A DNA stretch of 62,997 nucleotides, filler included, from Conidiobolus incongruus B7586 (Eukaryota), in assembly GCA_000697335.1 (NCBI GenBank). It is 3 parts of 3 records of this genome, joined end to end, with 100 filler letters (N's around TTAATTAATTAA, not from the genome) between each part and the next. Parts side by side here need not be neighbours in the genome. Positions count along the whole stretch, not along the records: positions 24,266 to 42,336 come from JNEM01006063.1; 2 more parts are not named here. One strand, given 5' to 3'. This document shows, piece by piece, positions 25,991 to 37,303 of this stretch. Each line of letters starts with the position of its first letter. The stretch's first letter is position 1. The position numbers and the translations under genes are program-made. The notes under the pieces were generated by a model that had not been told where the DNA came from, did not search any database, and saw nothing but the letters and a program-made list of their open reading frames with translations.

Positions 25991-28238
25991 TTTTAAATGT
26001 TATTTTATCGTTAAGTTCACTGATATCTATTATTCTGTTAATAATTATTGTTTGATCATATGATGGTTTGTTTTTAAGTTGGTAAATTCCTTATCTGATA
26101 TCATTATATTTAACACATTTGTTAATACGCTAAAAGAGCTAAATTTAAAGTATCATTAAAAAATTGTAATTAACATCATTAACACTTAAAAAATTAAAAA
26201 TTTAATATATAGAAGAATTAGTAATTAATTGATTTTTGGGTACTGTCTGTACTTCAAATTAATATTATAGGGATAAAAGAATAAAGTTTTCTCAAGAGTT
26301 TTAAGTACTAGATTAATATTAACTGAAAAATTTTATCCAATCTATTACCTTAAAGCTGTAATCAAAAGTGTATAAGGAATTTCCGAAACCATGTTATTTG
26401 ACTTGAGAATTAAAAAATCATAACAAACATTGTATCACTGGCATCTGGTAATAGTCCCAAGCACTGTTTTTTTGTCAAAGATTTAGCTGTATTTAATATG
26501 TAAAGTATTATTGATAGCAAATAGAATTCGTATTACATTCTTAAAGTCCCATTAGCATATATCATAGTATACAGATTAAATCATCTCATTTCCAGTTAAA
26601 GCTGATTAAAGAAAATCAAAATATATATTATAGTTGGATTATAGTTAGAGGCATCTTAATATAAAAAGATAAACTGAATCAGGTTAAATATAATTGAGAA
26701 CTATGCTAGTGGATTAAGATAATGTAATTAAAACAAATTGAATAGATGAGTAAAATCTCATTTTATTAACATAGTTCTAATTCACAAAGAAATTAAATTT
26801 TAAGATTGTGAAGAATTAATTATAAAATTTTCAATTGAATATAAATACTTATTATTTTCATAATTTAACACATACAAATTTATATATCATGAAGTAATTT
26901 TTTAAAAATATATTGAATAATAAAATTCCTAATAAATTATTCTCTTATTATTTAGATTTTAATTGTACATAAACCTCGTATGATAATGATTTAAATATAT
27001 GTATATTGAAATTACATTAGCTAAAAATATAATATATTTTTGTTATAATCATTTGTAGTTTTTAATTGAACCGGTTTTCTAGTGTTACGATAATCAAAAT
27101 ACAGTTTGATGTAGTAAAAAATCGATTTTTTAAAATTTATTATTATAATTATAAAACTTCTAATTATTAAAAACAGAAACTTTGAAATAGCACAAGTGCT
27201 GGCAGCTAGTTTATAAAGTTGGTATTGAACAAAGTGACAAGTTACTACACATAAACTCATTGAAATAACGTAAGAATGGTGAATCTTGAGCGGATAAACT
27301 TAATTCCACCTCATAAAATTGACAAAATGAATTGTACACTATAATCTTAAATACTAAATTTGAGGTAATCCTAAATACCGAACACATTTCTATCTTTTAA
27401 CATCTAGCCAATCAAGTACTGTAGCAATGTTGCGTTATATCAAAATGCAACTATACAAATTCCAAAAATTTCCCAAAAAGGGAGGATTCCATTACTAATT
27501 TTAGAAATTTCAACGAATAATGGGATATTTTTATTCAAATTGATTTATCAATAATTTGATGAATTTCTCCTTCAAGAAATTAATATCTAAAATATTGAGA
27601 TAATAATATAATAAATTAAGGTTTATTTTACTATGGTATTTGATATTGTGATAGTGAAAAACAATGATGTATAGGCAATAGTCACGATCATATACTGCAA
27701 TGATTGTCGTAAACTATATGATCTGAATGTGGTGTTGGTCAAATATCAAATTATATCAATAAGTTGCAATCAAGTCACCAATAGTAGGTAACTATATTTT
27801 AAATGGATCATAGCACAAGATTGTATATTTGCTACTGCCCACTAATTCCTAGTTATTCCGAAATTTATCAATCAATTATTAGTGTATCTCAGGTGTCTAA
27901 AAGATGAGTTGTTTTTCGTAACATTAGAATGATAATTAATATTTTGATTAAAAAATATTTGAAAAACTATCAATTTTAAGTGTTCTAAAAGCAATAATTA
28001 GTATTTTGACATATACTGTATGATTGTCTTATATGTCAAAGTAAGAAAATAGTTTGATTTATGTATAGGCGTTAACCAACATCTAAGGTATGACCAAAAA
28101 TCCCCCAATTTTATTTCCCCCTACTTTGTGCGAATAAAAGCCATATTTATCGATAACAATTCACAAGATGTGGTCTCAAATACCACACACACCCAATTTT
28201 GACAAATCAAACTCCTAGGTGAGTTCAGTTTGAATATT

Positions 28239-28506
28239 GTGGGAATTGGTGAAATCATGGAAATCCAATGGTGTGTAAATGTACTCGTATTTGAGTGCAG
28301 AGTGGGAACTTGTTGAACTGATGGCGTAATATATCCATCTCATCCAGTTAAATTGTTCTGGGAAATATATAAGCTCACTTCCCATCCTAACTCGACCTCC
28401 ATTTTTTCCCCTTCGTCTGAGAAAATCGATTTAGGCTCATCCATTCTTAATACCCTCTAAGGTCATATTGATCTGCTTCTTCTCTTAATAAGCCCCCTTT
28501 TCTCAC
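28239..28506 (+). promoter_or_regulatory. CSL-gene promoter: TATA-like box (28366-28372) with clustered CSL-type sites
   Basis: GTGGGAA 28239-28245 and 28302-28308; CTGGGAA 28358-28364; TTCCCAT 28379-28385; TTCTCAC (GTGAGAA on minus) 28500-28506. Confidence 0.5.
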
Positions 28507-28649
28507 TTGATTGTTTCAGCAGAACCTTGCTCGTTATTGTCCGAGCCTAATTTTCCTTGTCTCAGCAGCCGATTCTTTACCAGTTTTCACTGTTGCGCTA
28601 GTTTTTCACAGATATACTTCTTTTATTCATCTGATCTTATAGTTTTATT

Positions 28650-30647
28650 ATGTCATACTCCATGAACAGCAGTAATTTTGATCCAAATCACTCTTCTGCT
28701 CCTAACACCACCTCCAACGCTGGTTACTCTTCTATTTCAGCTTCCCACCCAGAGTATGCTGATCAACTTACATTCACTACTCCTTTTAATATGAAGCATG
28801 AGGCACCCCAGTCATTATCTCAAGGTCATCACCTTCAGCCTCTTAAGATTCAACGTCAAGATGACTCTTTATACTCCCAGCATCAACCCTATCCCCCTGC
28901 TCTTTCATCGCCCATCTTCCAAGAAATGGATCGCTCCCAAATGCACGCTTTCCCTTTCGATGCCTCTCAACTTTACAATCCCACTGTTGCTGCTATGATG
29001 CAACCCAAATATGATCCTTGGGCTTCTCGCTCTCGTAGCCATAATAATACCCTTCATACTCCAGATTCCAGCAGCCATTTATATTCTTATTCAGCTGTTC
29101 ACTCTCGTGACCCAAGCGCTCCTTCCACTCCGCGTGTTACTTCACCCCGAACTCTTCCTACTACACATGACGATATGGATAGCGCTCTTAAACCTTATTT
29201 GGCCAAAGAAGTCGTTATGCGCGCTCAACCCAACTTATTGAATCAAGTAACTCAATACGGAACTCCCGAATATTTATTATTTAGATCTCACTTAACCACC
29301 CAGCACCCAAGTGTCTTTGTGTTTACCGCTAAAGTAGCTCAAAAATCTTATGGTTCTGAAAAGCGTTTCATTTGTCCTCCACCTTCCCTTTTACTTGTTA
29401 ATTTAGATTCTTGGATTACTCCTCCTAATACACAATACCCTTCAGTTCCTATGGCTGTTTTTAAAGTTGACAACAGTGCTTCTGCCTTGCTTCCCTATGG
29501 ATCATTCCAAGAAGGACACGTTGAATGGCATCCTGCCCCCGCCTCTTCTAAAGATCCCAACTCTAGCGAATTATGTACTTCTCGCACAGTTGGAAGATTT
29601 GTTGCTCGTCAACTCCATGTTGCTGATACTACACATAAACTCAAGAGTGTTTCATTAACAGTCGAGCTAACTAGTCCTCACGGAGTTGCTTGTGGTAGGT
29701 ATGCTTCCGCTCCTATCAAAGTTATTTCTAAACCCAGTCGTAAGAAGATGATTTCTAAAAATGTTGAAGGATGTATTATTCATGGTGGTCTTGTTGCTTT
29801 ATTCAACAGAGTCAGATCCCAGACTGTGTCTACCAAATATCTTGGCCAAGATCCTGCCACCTCTACTCTTCTCACCAGAACCACACATTGGGATCCTTTT
29901 GTTATTTACTTAGTCAACCCCACTGAACATGTTTCTAACTCTGACTCCCGCCGTAATGCTGATCCTACCAAATCACCCATTTTGATTCACTTCGGGCAAA
30001 AAGTTGTGTTACAATGTGTTCATACTGGTCTCGTCAGTCCTATCATGACTTTGAGAAGAGTTGAAAACAGTAGTTTAGTACCAGCATCCAATTCTATGAA
30101 TGGAGGCGATGCCAATGCTATCGGTGACCCTGTTTGCCAACTCCATAAAGTTGCTTTTGAATTAGAGCCCAATCAACAACCCTCTGGATTTTTAGCATGC
30201 TTAGGTGAATCTATTGGTGTTAGAATGTCTGGACCATTTATGGGCACTGAAGAGCTCGGATTAGAACCACCTTCATTGAATAACCAACAGGATTCTGCTG
30301 CTCCCAATGGACAAAAGCAAATGTTCCAAGATGTTACTGATGCCTCTGTTTGGACAATTGTAAGTGTCAATTATACTAAACAACAGCTTAATACATCTCC
30401 TTATACTTCCTCCGGAGTTCATCCTCATCCTCAACATCCTGTTGAACAAGGTATGGATTCTCACGCTCATGAAAAATTATATAATTCTCCTAAACCCTCA
30501 TCCGTCACTCCTACCCATCACGAACTCAATCCTATCAGCGAACCTTACTCTTCTCTTCCATATAACGCCCCTCCCTCATCACATCACCAATATCATCAAC
30601 ATCACCAAACACAATCTTCTCATCATCAGCACCATCACCCATGGTAA
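28650..30647 (+). CDS. CSL (CBF1/RBP-J, Su(H), LAG-1) family transcription factor, fungal type
   Basis: AKVAQKSYGSEKRFICPPP and IKVISKPSRKK (RHR-N DNA-binding domain); VALFNRVRSQTVSTKYL, DPVCQLHKVAF and VWTIV (beta-trefoil domain). Low-complexity N-terminus, His/Gln-rich tail. Confidence 0.93.
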   Translation: MSYSMNSSNFDPNHSSAPNTTSNAGYSSISASHPEYADQLTFTTPFNMKHEAPQSLSQGHHLQPLKIQRQDDSLYSQHQPYPPALSSPIFQEMDRSQMHAFPFDASQLYNPTVAAMMQPKYDPWASRSRSHNNTLHTPDSSSHLYSYSAVHSRDPSAPSTPRVTSPRTLPTTHDDMDSALKPYLAKEVVMRAQPNLLNQVTQYGTPEYLLFRSHLTTQHPSVFVFTAKVAQKSYGSEKRFICPPPSLLLVNLDSWITPPNTQYPSVPMAVFKVDNSASALLPYGSFQEGHVEWHPAPASSKDPNSSELCTSRTVGRFVARQLHVADTTHKLKSVSLTVELTSPHGVACGRYASAPIKVISKPSRKKMISKNVEGCIIHGGLVALFNRVRSQTVSTKYLGQDPATSTLLTRTTHWDPFVIYLVNPTEHVSNSDSRRNADPTKSPILIHFGQKVVLQCVHTGLVSPIMTLRRVENSSLVPASNSMNGGDANAIGDPVCQLHKVAFELEPNQQPSGFLACLGESIGVRMSGPFMGTEELGLEPPSLNNQQDSAAPNGQKQMFQDVTDASVWTIVSVNYTKQQLNTSPYTSSGVHPHPQHPVEQGMDSHAHEKLYNSPKPSSVTPTHHELNPISEPYSSLPYNAPPSSHHQYHQHHQTQSSHHQHHHPW

Positions 30648-33600
30648 ATATAATTAATATTAGAGATTGATATAAAATATTTATTTTTTTACTCACAAAA
30701 TCATTGATATTGTCAATATTTTGTAGTGTAATATTATTCATAATATAATAATATACTGTATTTAAATTAATAAACCGAATAATTGCATAATTAATTAAAA
30801 TCTATTTATTTTATGATATCAAATATGCATTAATATCAACTATAATATAATACGAATAATTAAACCTAAACCCTTCAAGTTAATTGTTTGCAATTTAATT
30901 AAGGATAAATTTTTTATTTAGCAAATGAATAATATAAATTCCAGAATTTTTTAAATCAAGAATTCAAGATTTTTCTGATTCAAAAACAACTATTACTTTC
31001 GGTAATTGTAAAATAAATTAACCAATTTGGTTAAAATTTTTTTAAAAAATCGTAAATTGTTGGGGTTATCCACCAATATTTAATATTTCTATTTTTAAGT
31101 AACTTATTACTTCGCTATTTGAATTAAATTAGGATACTATTATTTTGTTTTTATTTTCAAATCAATTATTATCATTTAATTTTATTAAATAAATTGAATT
31201 TATAAAATTATTTAAGTTTTTTTGTTTAATTTTTAGCATTTTTATAAAGAAAATTTTTAATATCAAAAGAGAAAAATCTATAAAAGGAAATCCACTAATT
31301 CTATGAGTATAAAAATTTCCAAATATATTGGTTTTGATATTTTACTTATAAATAAAAGTTATAAAATAATTATTGAGAAATTTATTAAATGTATTTATAT
31401 TGATTAAGACAATGATGCGACTTTATATTAGATATTCGTATTAATTTAATCGTTGGTAATCAATAAAATTCACATATTCTCGATAATAATAGCATCATTA
31501 TAGACTGTTATTATATGTGAAATATTATGGGTTATTATGCTATTTTTCGGCATAAATTTTATATCACATATCAATATATATTCTCACTTTTGTAGATCTT
31601 TAAACCAGCATATATATCTCAAATCAAAAATTTACTATTACTTTATTAAATTATGTATATTATATTTAATACTGTTTAATAAATTAAATTAGTAATATAA
31701 TGCTCATTTATTGGGGATAAAATATTGTTCATAACTTTAAGTTACAATATTATCAAATACAGGTTCATCAAAAAGAATTTTAACAATAACACCAAAAATT
31801 TTATAAGAGAAATATTATCGCTATTAATGTCATACACATTGGTTTCAGTGATAAAATAGGGAAAAATACAGAATTGAATGAGAAGTGTAATTTTCACAAT
31901 GGAGCTTTCCATATTGGGTCCATAAACTTGAGTTTCTCCGTTGTTGGTTCCCTATATTTTTCATGATATTTTATGCAACTGGATATATATTTGAAAAATT
32001 ATTGCATTTTTTATACAGGATTGATTAATGAAAATTTTATTAAAATGAACCGTAGGTATGTAAAAGTAATATTAAAAATTAGCTCACTATTGTAAATAAG
32101 TTATTTATAGTTATGATATGCTACCACTTATACATTAATAATATGTATCATGCAATTTCTCTTTACTCATCATACTATTTTATTATTAAATTTTGTATTT
32201 ACTTAATTCACTCGTATGTTTATTTAGATGATCAACCACGTGAATCCAACTGCACTAGGCTAGCAATTAACTAGATACATATTTTTCTCTTTAAATCCGA
32301 TCAATTTTTGTAATGTTCATTGTTTTCTCCTGATAATATAAAAATTGTTACCTTAAATTCAACCGTAATTTGAAAAAAATTCAAATTGGCGAAATATACA
32401 ACTTTGTACTCATCATATCAAGTTATACCAATTCAAGTAAACAATTTAATCTATAGAAATATAGAATTTTACAATTTTGAATACAGATAGAAAATCAATT
32501 AGAATAAACCTTGTTATATTTAGCACTTATATTATGAAATATTGATATCAAAACATCCGATACAATTGAACAATTGGATAATAATAGAAGATGGGACTTT
32601 ACGATTTTCATAATGGATACTATTTTTTGCGGTGGATATTTTCGCGCAATATATCTTTAAAACTTTTCAAGTGGATAAAAATCGGTGGATTGAATCCAAT
32701 TCCCCTATTGTATGCAATTCACGTGATCTCACGTGGATTTTTCCACTGAATATTTATTTATCAGGAATTTTCGATGAAATTATATCAAAATTTTTGAAAT
32801 AAAGGAAACAATATAAAGAATACAATAAAATTATTTCATTTAATTTTTTATCTATTATTAAATAAATAATTCGGTAAATTCTTTTAAATCTGATACCTAA
32901 TATAATATCCTCAAATTCTATTCAAAATTAGAGTTATTGTTGGTACACATAATATATCTTATACTGAATTGATAACAAATAAACAACTTCCTTCATTCAA
33001 TTACTGTATTAGTCAAAATAAGAAAAATATTATGAAGTTTCCGTTACTTTATTCTATCAAATGATTCTTTATAATACTGGAATAATGTAAGTTTGCCTCT
33101 TCACATGATATATATTACATCCACTTGATGATTAGATTTCTCAATAAAATTCATTCAATTATCATATCAATAATACTCACATAAGGACTAGACTTTTGAT
33201 AAATAATTATTCTCAAAGTATTAAAAGTTGAAATAGTCACATATTTTTGAAGATCAGGCTTGATTAAGGAACCATATGACAAATATCACATACAATTTAT
33301 CGTATCTAGCACAATTTTTCAACTTGTCATAAATTTAAAGTATCGATGTAAAGTTAATTAACACAATTAAAATAAATAAGCTGTTAAATTGAGAAAATAA
33401 ATTAAATAAACAACTGCGCTTCAATTAAGCCAAACTTGATAGTAATTTGTAATATATTTTTATTTACCTTTTTTAAATGAAAACATTTGGTTCAGAAACA
33501 TCAGTTCTGTAATTTAGTAAGTTTTCCATTTATAGGAAAAATATCATATACCCCAGAAATTTTAATAAATTGACTAAAAATTTTCAAAAATTTTCTCAAA

Positions 33601-34219
33601 TTAATTTATATTGTATTCGGGGAAATTTGTAATTTACTTATAATAATAAGCTTTTGAACATTGTAAAAGATTAAAAAACATTTTTTTCAATTGGTTTCGA
33701 TTTAGCCTTTATTAATTAAAATAATTAATTTGTATTAATTGATTATCATTTTAAATCGTGATTTAGATTAACAAATATATCAAAGAATAGTACTTATAAC
33801 GGAACAAAAGTAGACTATAAAGGATTGACACTTAAATAAACTAATACATTAATCTAACTACTATAGATACTATGTAATTAACAGATTATTTTATATGGAT
33901 CATTGTTCATTTTTATTTTCTATTCTTGATATAACATCTAACCATTTTAATAAATTATATCAGAATGAAAAACTTTATCTATTTTTAAATACTAAAATAT
34001 TAAAAATTTATTATAATTAATTATTTTATCATAATATTTTATTGGATATTGCTAATAGTAAGTTGTATTAATAGAAAATAAAATCGAGTATACAGCTAAT
34101 GTTCACATTAAATTAAATATACATTTTATTATGAATAATATTGATTTATTATAATTAAACATATTAGATTTTGACAAAATTATCATTGTATAATTATTTA
34201 AAGAATTGAAAATTAAATC

Positions 34220-37200
34220 TCAAAAATCTTGTCTTGATGATGTGGAATGAGGCTTCGAAAATAACCTTTGTAATCCCTTCTTTACGATTTCTGTCATTTC
34301 TAAAGTCAATGGCGCCGCTCTTTCGCCCCCAATCATCGCCCCCTCGACATTGGTCATTAAAAGTGCGGTAGATTTCACTCTGGCTACTGTGGCCAATTCT
34401 AAGGTCACGCTGAGGTGAGGATGTGGGAAGTTATCTGCAAATTTGGAACTAGGAAGTTTACAAGTAAACTCGAAGCCACGACCAGACCATTCAAATTCGA
34501 TGCCGTGATGTTCTAAAATGTCTAATAATTGATCACACATGGTATCTACGTTCATCTTGGAAACTTGGATTGATTGTGCTTGAAGACAGTCAAGGATGCT
34601 TACTTGGCGAACGCCAATAGGGTTACCGCTACCGGTGCTGGAATGCGTTGGACGAGGAGATTTAAGTCTTGGACTAGCCAGGAAGGTGCGTGGAGAAGGA
34701 CTTGATCGTGTATTGTTCAACGGGGATGGTGGTGCAAGATTGTCACTATGATCGTCCATGAATGTGACCTTCTTCTTGATTCGGAACGTACCATCCAAGC
34801 CTGGGCTAGCACCAACATACATACTAGCCGGTCTTGCGCTAGAAGCAGTATAAGTTGGATGGGGATGAGTTTTGGGAGAAGACATCTTATTTTTGCATCC
34901 TTCCAAAAAGCTTTCTAGATAGTTCTTGGGATGCAAAACATCACCGTCGTTAGCCACTGTTCTTTCATCGGTGTTAATTCTTCTCAATGTATTGTTAACA
35001 AGAGAAGAATTGCTATGCTGGGGAGCGGGATTGGATTGGCTTCTGTCACATGGAGTAGGAGTCATACCCAAGTGTGAATTTTTCAAAAATGGACTCTTTA
35101 AAGTTTGATATGGGCTAGAGCTACCTTTTTCAAAATCAAGCTCAGCAATCTTAGGAGGTTCTTTATTCTGAGTAGGTGATTCTGTTATTGAGTTCTCTTC
35201 AGAATCATTATCATTATCCTGCAAATTATCTTCATTCAACAAATCGGCTAATGGTGCACGCTTGGGGATGCTTCTTTTTAAATTTGGCTTGCGATTGGAG
35301 CCTCTGTGGATAGTCATATTCCTTCTGACTGAAGCTTTCGCTCTGGGATTATCTTCTGAGTTTAGAGTGGTCACCTGTTGAATGATATTAGAAATGGGAT
35401 CAGATTCATCTTCATTCGAGCTTCTTTCTTTTTCATCAAATTCAGAATCATTAGAATGTAAGGATTTGTTTGCCTCTTTCTGAGTTTCATCAGATGGGGT
35501 GCTTTCATCTGTCTTAGTAAATAAATCGTCATAGATTGAAGCACGTTTTGAGCGATACAGGTCCTTTTTCTCTTTTCTAGTCAAATTGGTGCCAATATCA
35601 TGAGACTGGTTGTTTATATTAGTCAAAGTGTGCAATTTGTTGTAAGTCTCGTACATTGAAGCACGTTTGGCATGATAGGTTTCCTTGTCAAATCCAGAAT
35701 TCTCAAATCCAACAATGGTTTGATCATTATTAGTCTTTCCTGGTGATGGCAGTGATGGAGTTTCTTTGGATTCATTGTCAGAAGCTGTTCCTTTTTCAAG
35801 TTTGGGTGTAAAAATCGGCGCTGAGTCATCTAAATTTGATTTGTTCAGAGAAGCCAAAGGTTGGGCAGGAGGGGAAATAGATGGTGTGGTGTTTTTGGTA
35901 GGTCGACTACTATCGGAGCCTCTCAGTGGTTTACGAATGCTGGAGATAGAAGTAGCATCCTGTTCTTGTGGTTTTGAAGCTGGTGAGCTCAATTCCCCAT
36001 TCGAGGATAGAGTCTGAGCTTCTTGAGGGGCTACATTTCGATTGATTGATGGTGCTGGTGAATTAGTTGAAGAAGGTAAAATGGGTGTTTGCTGTTTTGC
36101 AGCATCAAGATTGATGACCTTTCGGACCTTTTGAACGCCAGCTCCTGTTTGGAATTTCTTAGTATTTGCTACTAGATTATAAACTGCAACCACCGGAGAA
36201 TTGACTACTGTAATTGTTCCATTCGGGTTCTCCTTACCCATCTTCATTTCAGCTTCCAGTTTTTGAGTGATTGAATATTCACTTTGGAAAAGACATGCTG
36301 TCATCTCTCCTACAACCTTCATATCAAGCTGCTTTGGAAGCTCTCTAGGTCCGTTGGGTTGATAATGGTCGGAGAAGTGGGTCTTTTTTAGATAAGGATG
36401 GCGTGCAATTTCGAGCATTGTAATTCTTCTCTTTGGCTGAGGATCCAAACACTTGGAAATTAAACTCCTTGCAGTTGCATCTACGTTGTGAGGAAATTTG
36501 ATACGACCATTCATTACATTGTCCCAAGCTCCAGGATTTCTGGGATCTTCGAATGGCAACGTTCCAGTCAACATAGCAAATAAAACAACTCCCAAAGACC
36601 ATATATCCACCTCAGGCCCAACATATGGATCACCTCTCATAATTTCAGGAGCCGAGTATTGTAATGAACCACAGAAGGTATTCAAGTTGGTTTTTTGATC
36701 AAAGAAGTTGGCTAAGCCAAAATCAATTATTCTCACACGGTCATGAGTATCAATCATAATGTTTTCTACTTTAATATCTCTATGAACGACAAAGTTAGAG
36801 TGACAGTACCCGATTCCTTCGACGATCTGATCGAAATATTTTCTCGCTTGTTCCTTGTCTAGGCCATTTCGTCCAATTTTATCGGTCAATTGACAACCAG
36901 GAACATATTCATAGAACAAATAAAAGTGTGTTTTTGTGATTCTGCAGTCTCTTAAAGGTACAATATTGTCATGATTTAAAAACCGAGTCAAATTCGCCTC
37001 TCTTAATATCCTTTGTTCAAAAGGTTTCCCCCCTCTACCGTTGCGTCCTTTCTCATCAGGAGGTACGAATCTTTTAATAATTTTGACAGCAAGCTAAATT
37101 TAATTGTTAAGTTAAATGATAGCAGAGTTAATAGCTGTAATTACCTTTTCATGAGTTGCAACATTAACAATTAGCTTGACTTTACCGTATGAACCCTCTC

Positions 37201-37303
37201 CAAGTGTTTTTCCAATTTGAAATTCACCTAATGGTGTTTTCATTAAACCTTGTGATTTTGGAGCCAAGCCCATAGATTTCATTGGATCTGTTGTTGCAGC
37301 CAT
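34220..37303 (-). CDS. KIN1: Kin1/MARK-family (CAMKL) Ser/Thr kinase, 2 exons (intron 37094-37144)
   Basis: LGEGSYGKVK, LAVKI, HRDIKVEN, IDFGLAN, TFCGSLQYSAPE, YVGPEVDIWSLG; possible KA1-like C-terminus. The family is secure; exact orthology is less so. Confidence 0.85.

Noticed and set aside
24500..26650. Hydrophobic coding-like fragments (possible GPCR or transporter relics) at about 24.5-25.2 kb and 26.3-26.6 kb
   Set aside because: Could not build a consistent frame or family motif by eye.
30360..30386. GTAAGT...CTAA...CAG mini-intron candidate in the CSL gene
   Set aside because: Only 27 nt, well below the ~45-55 nt introns here. It overlaps the conserved WTIVS codons, and removing it would not restore a CTD.
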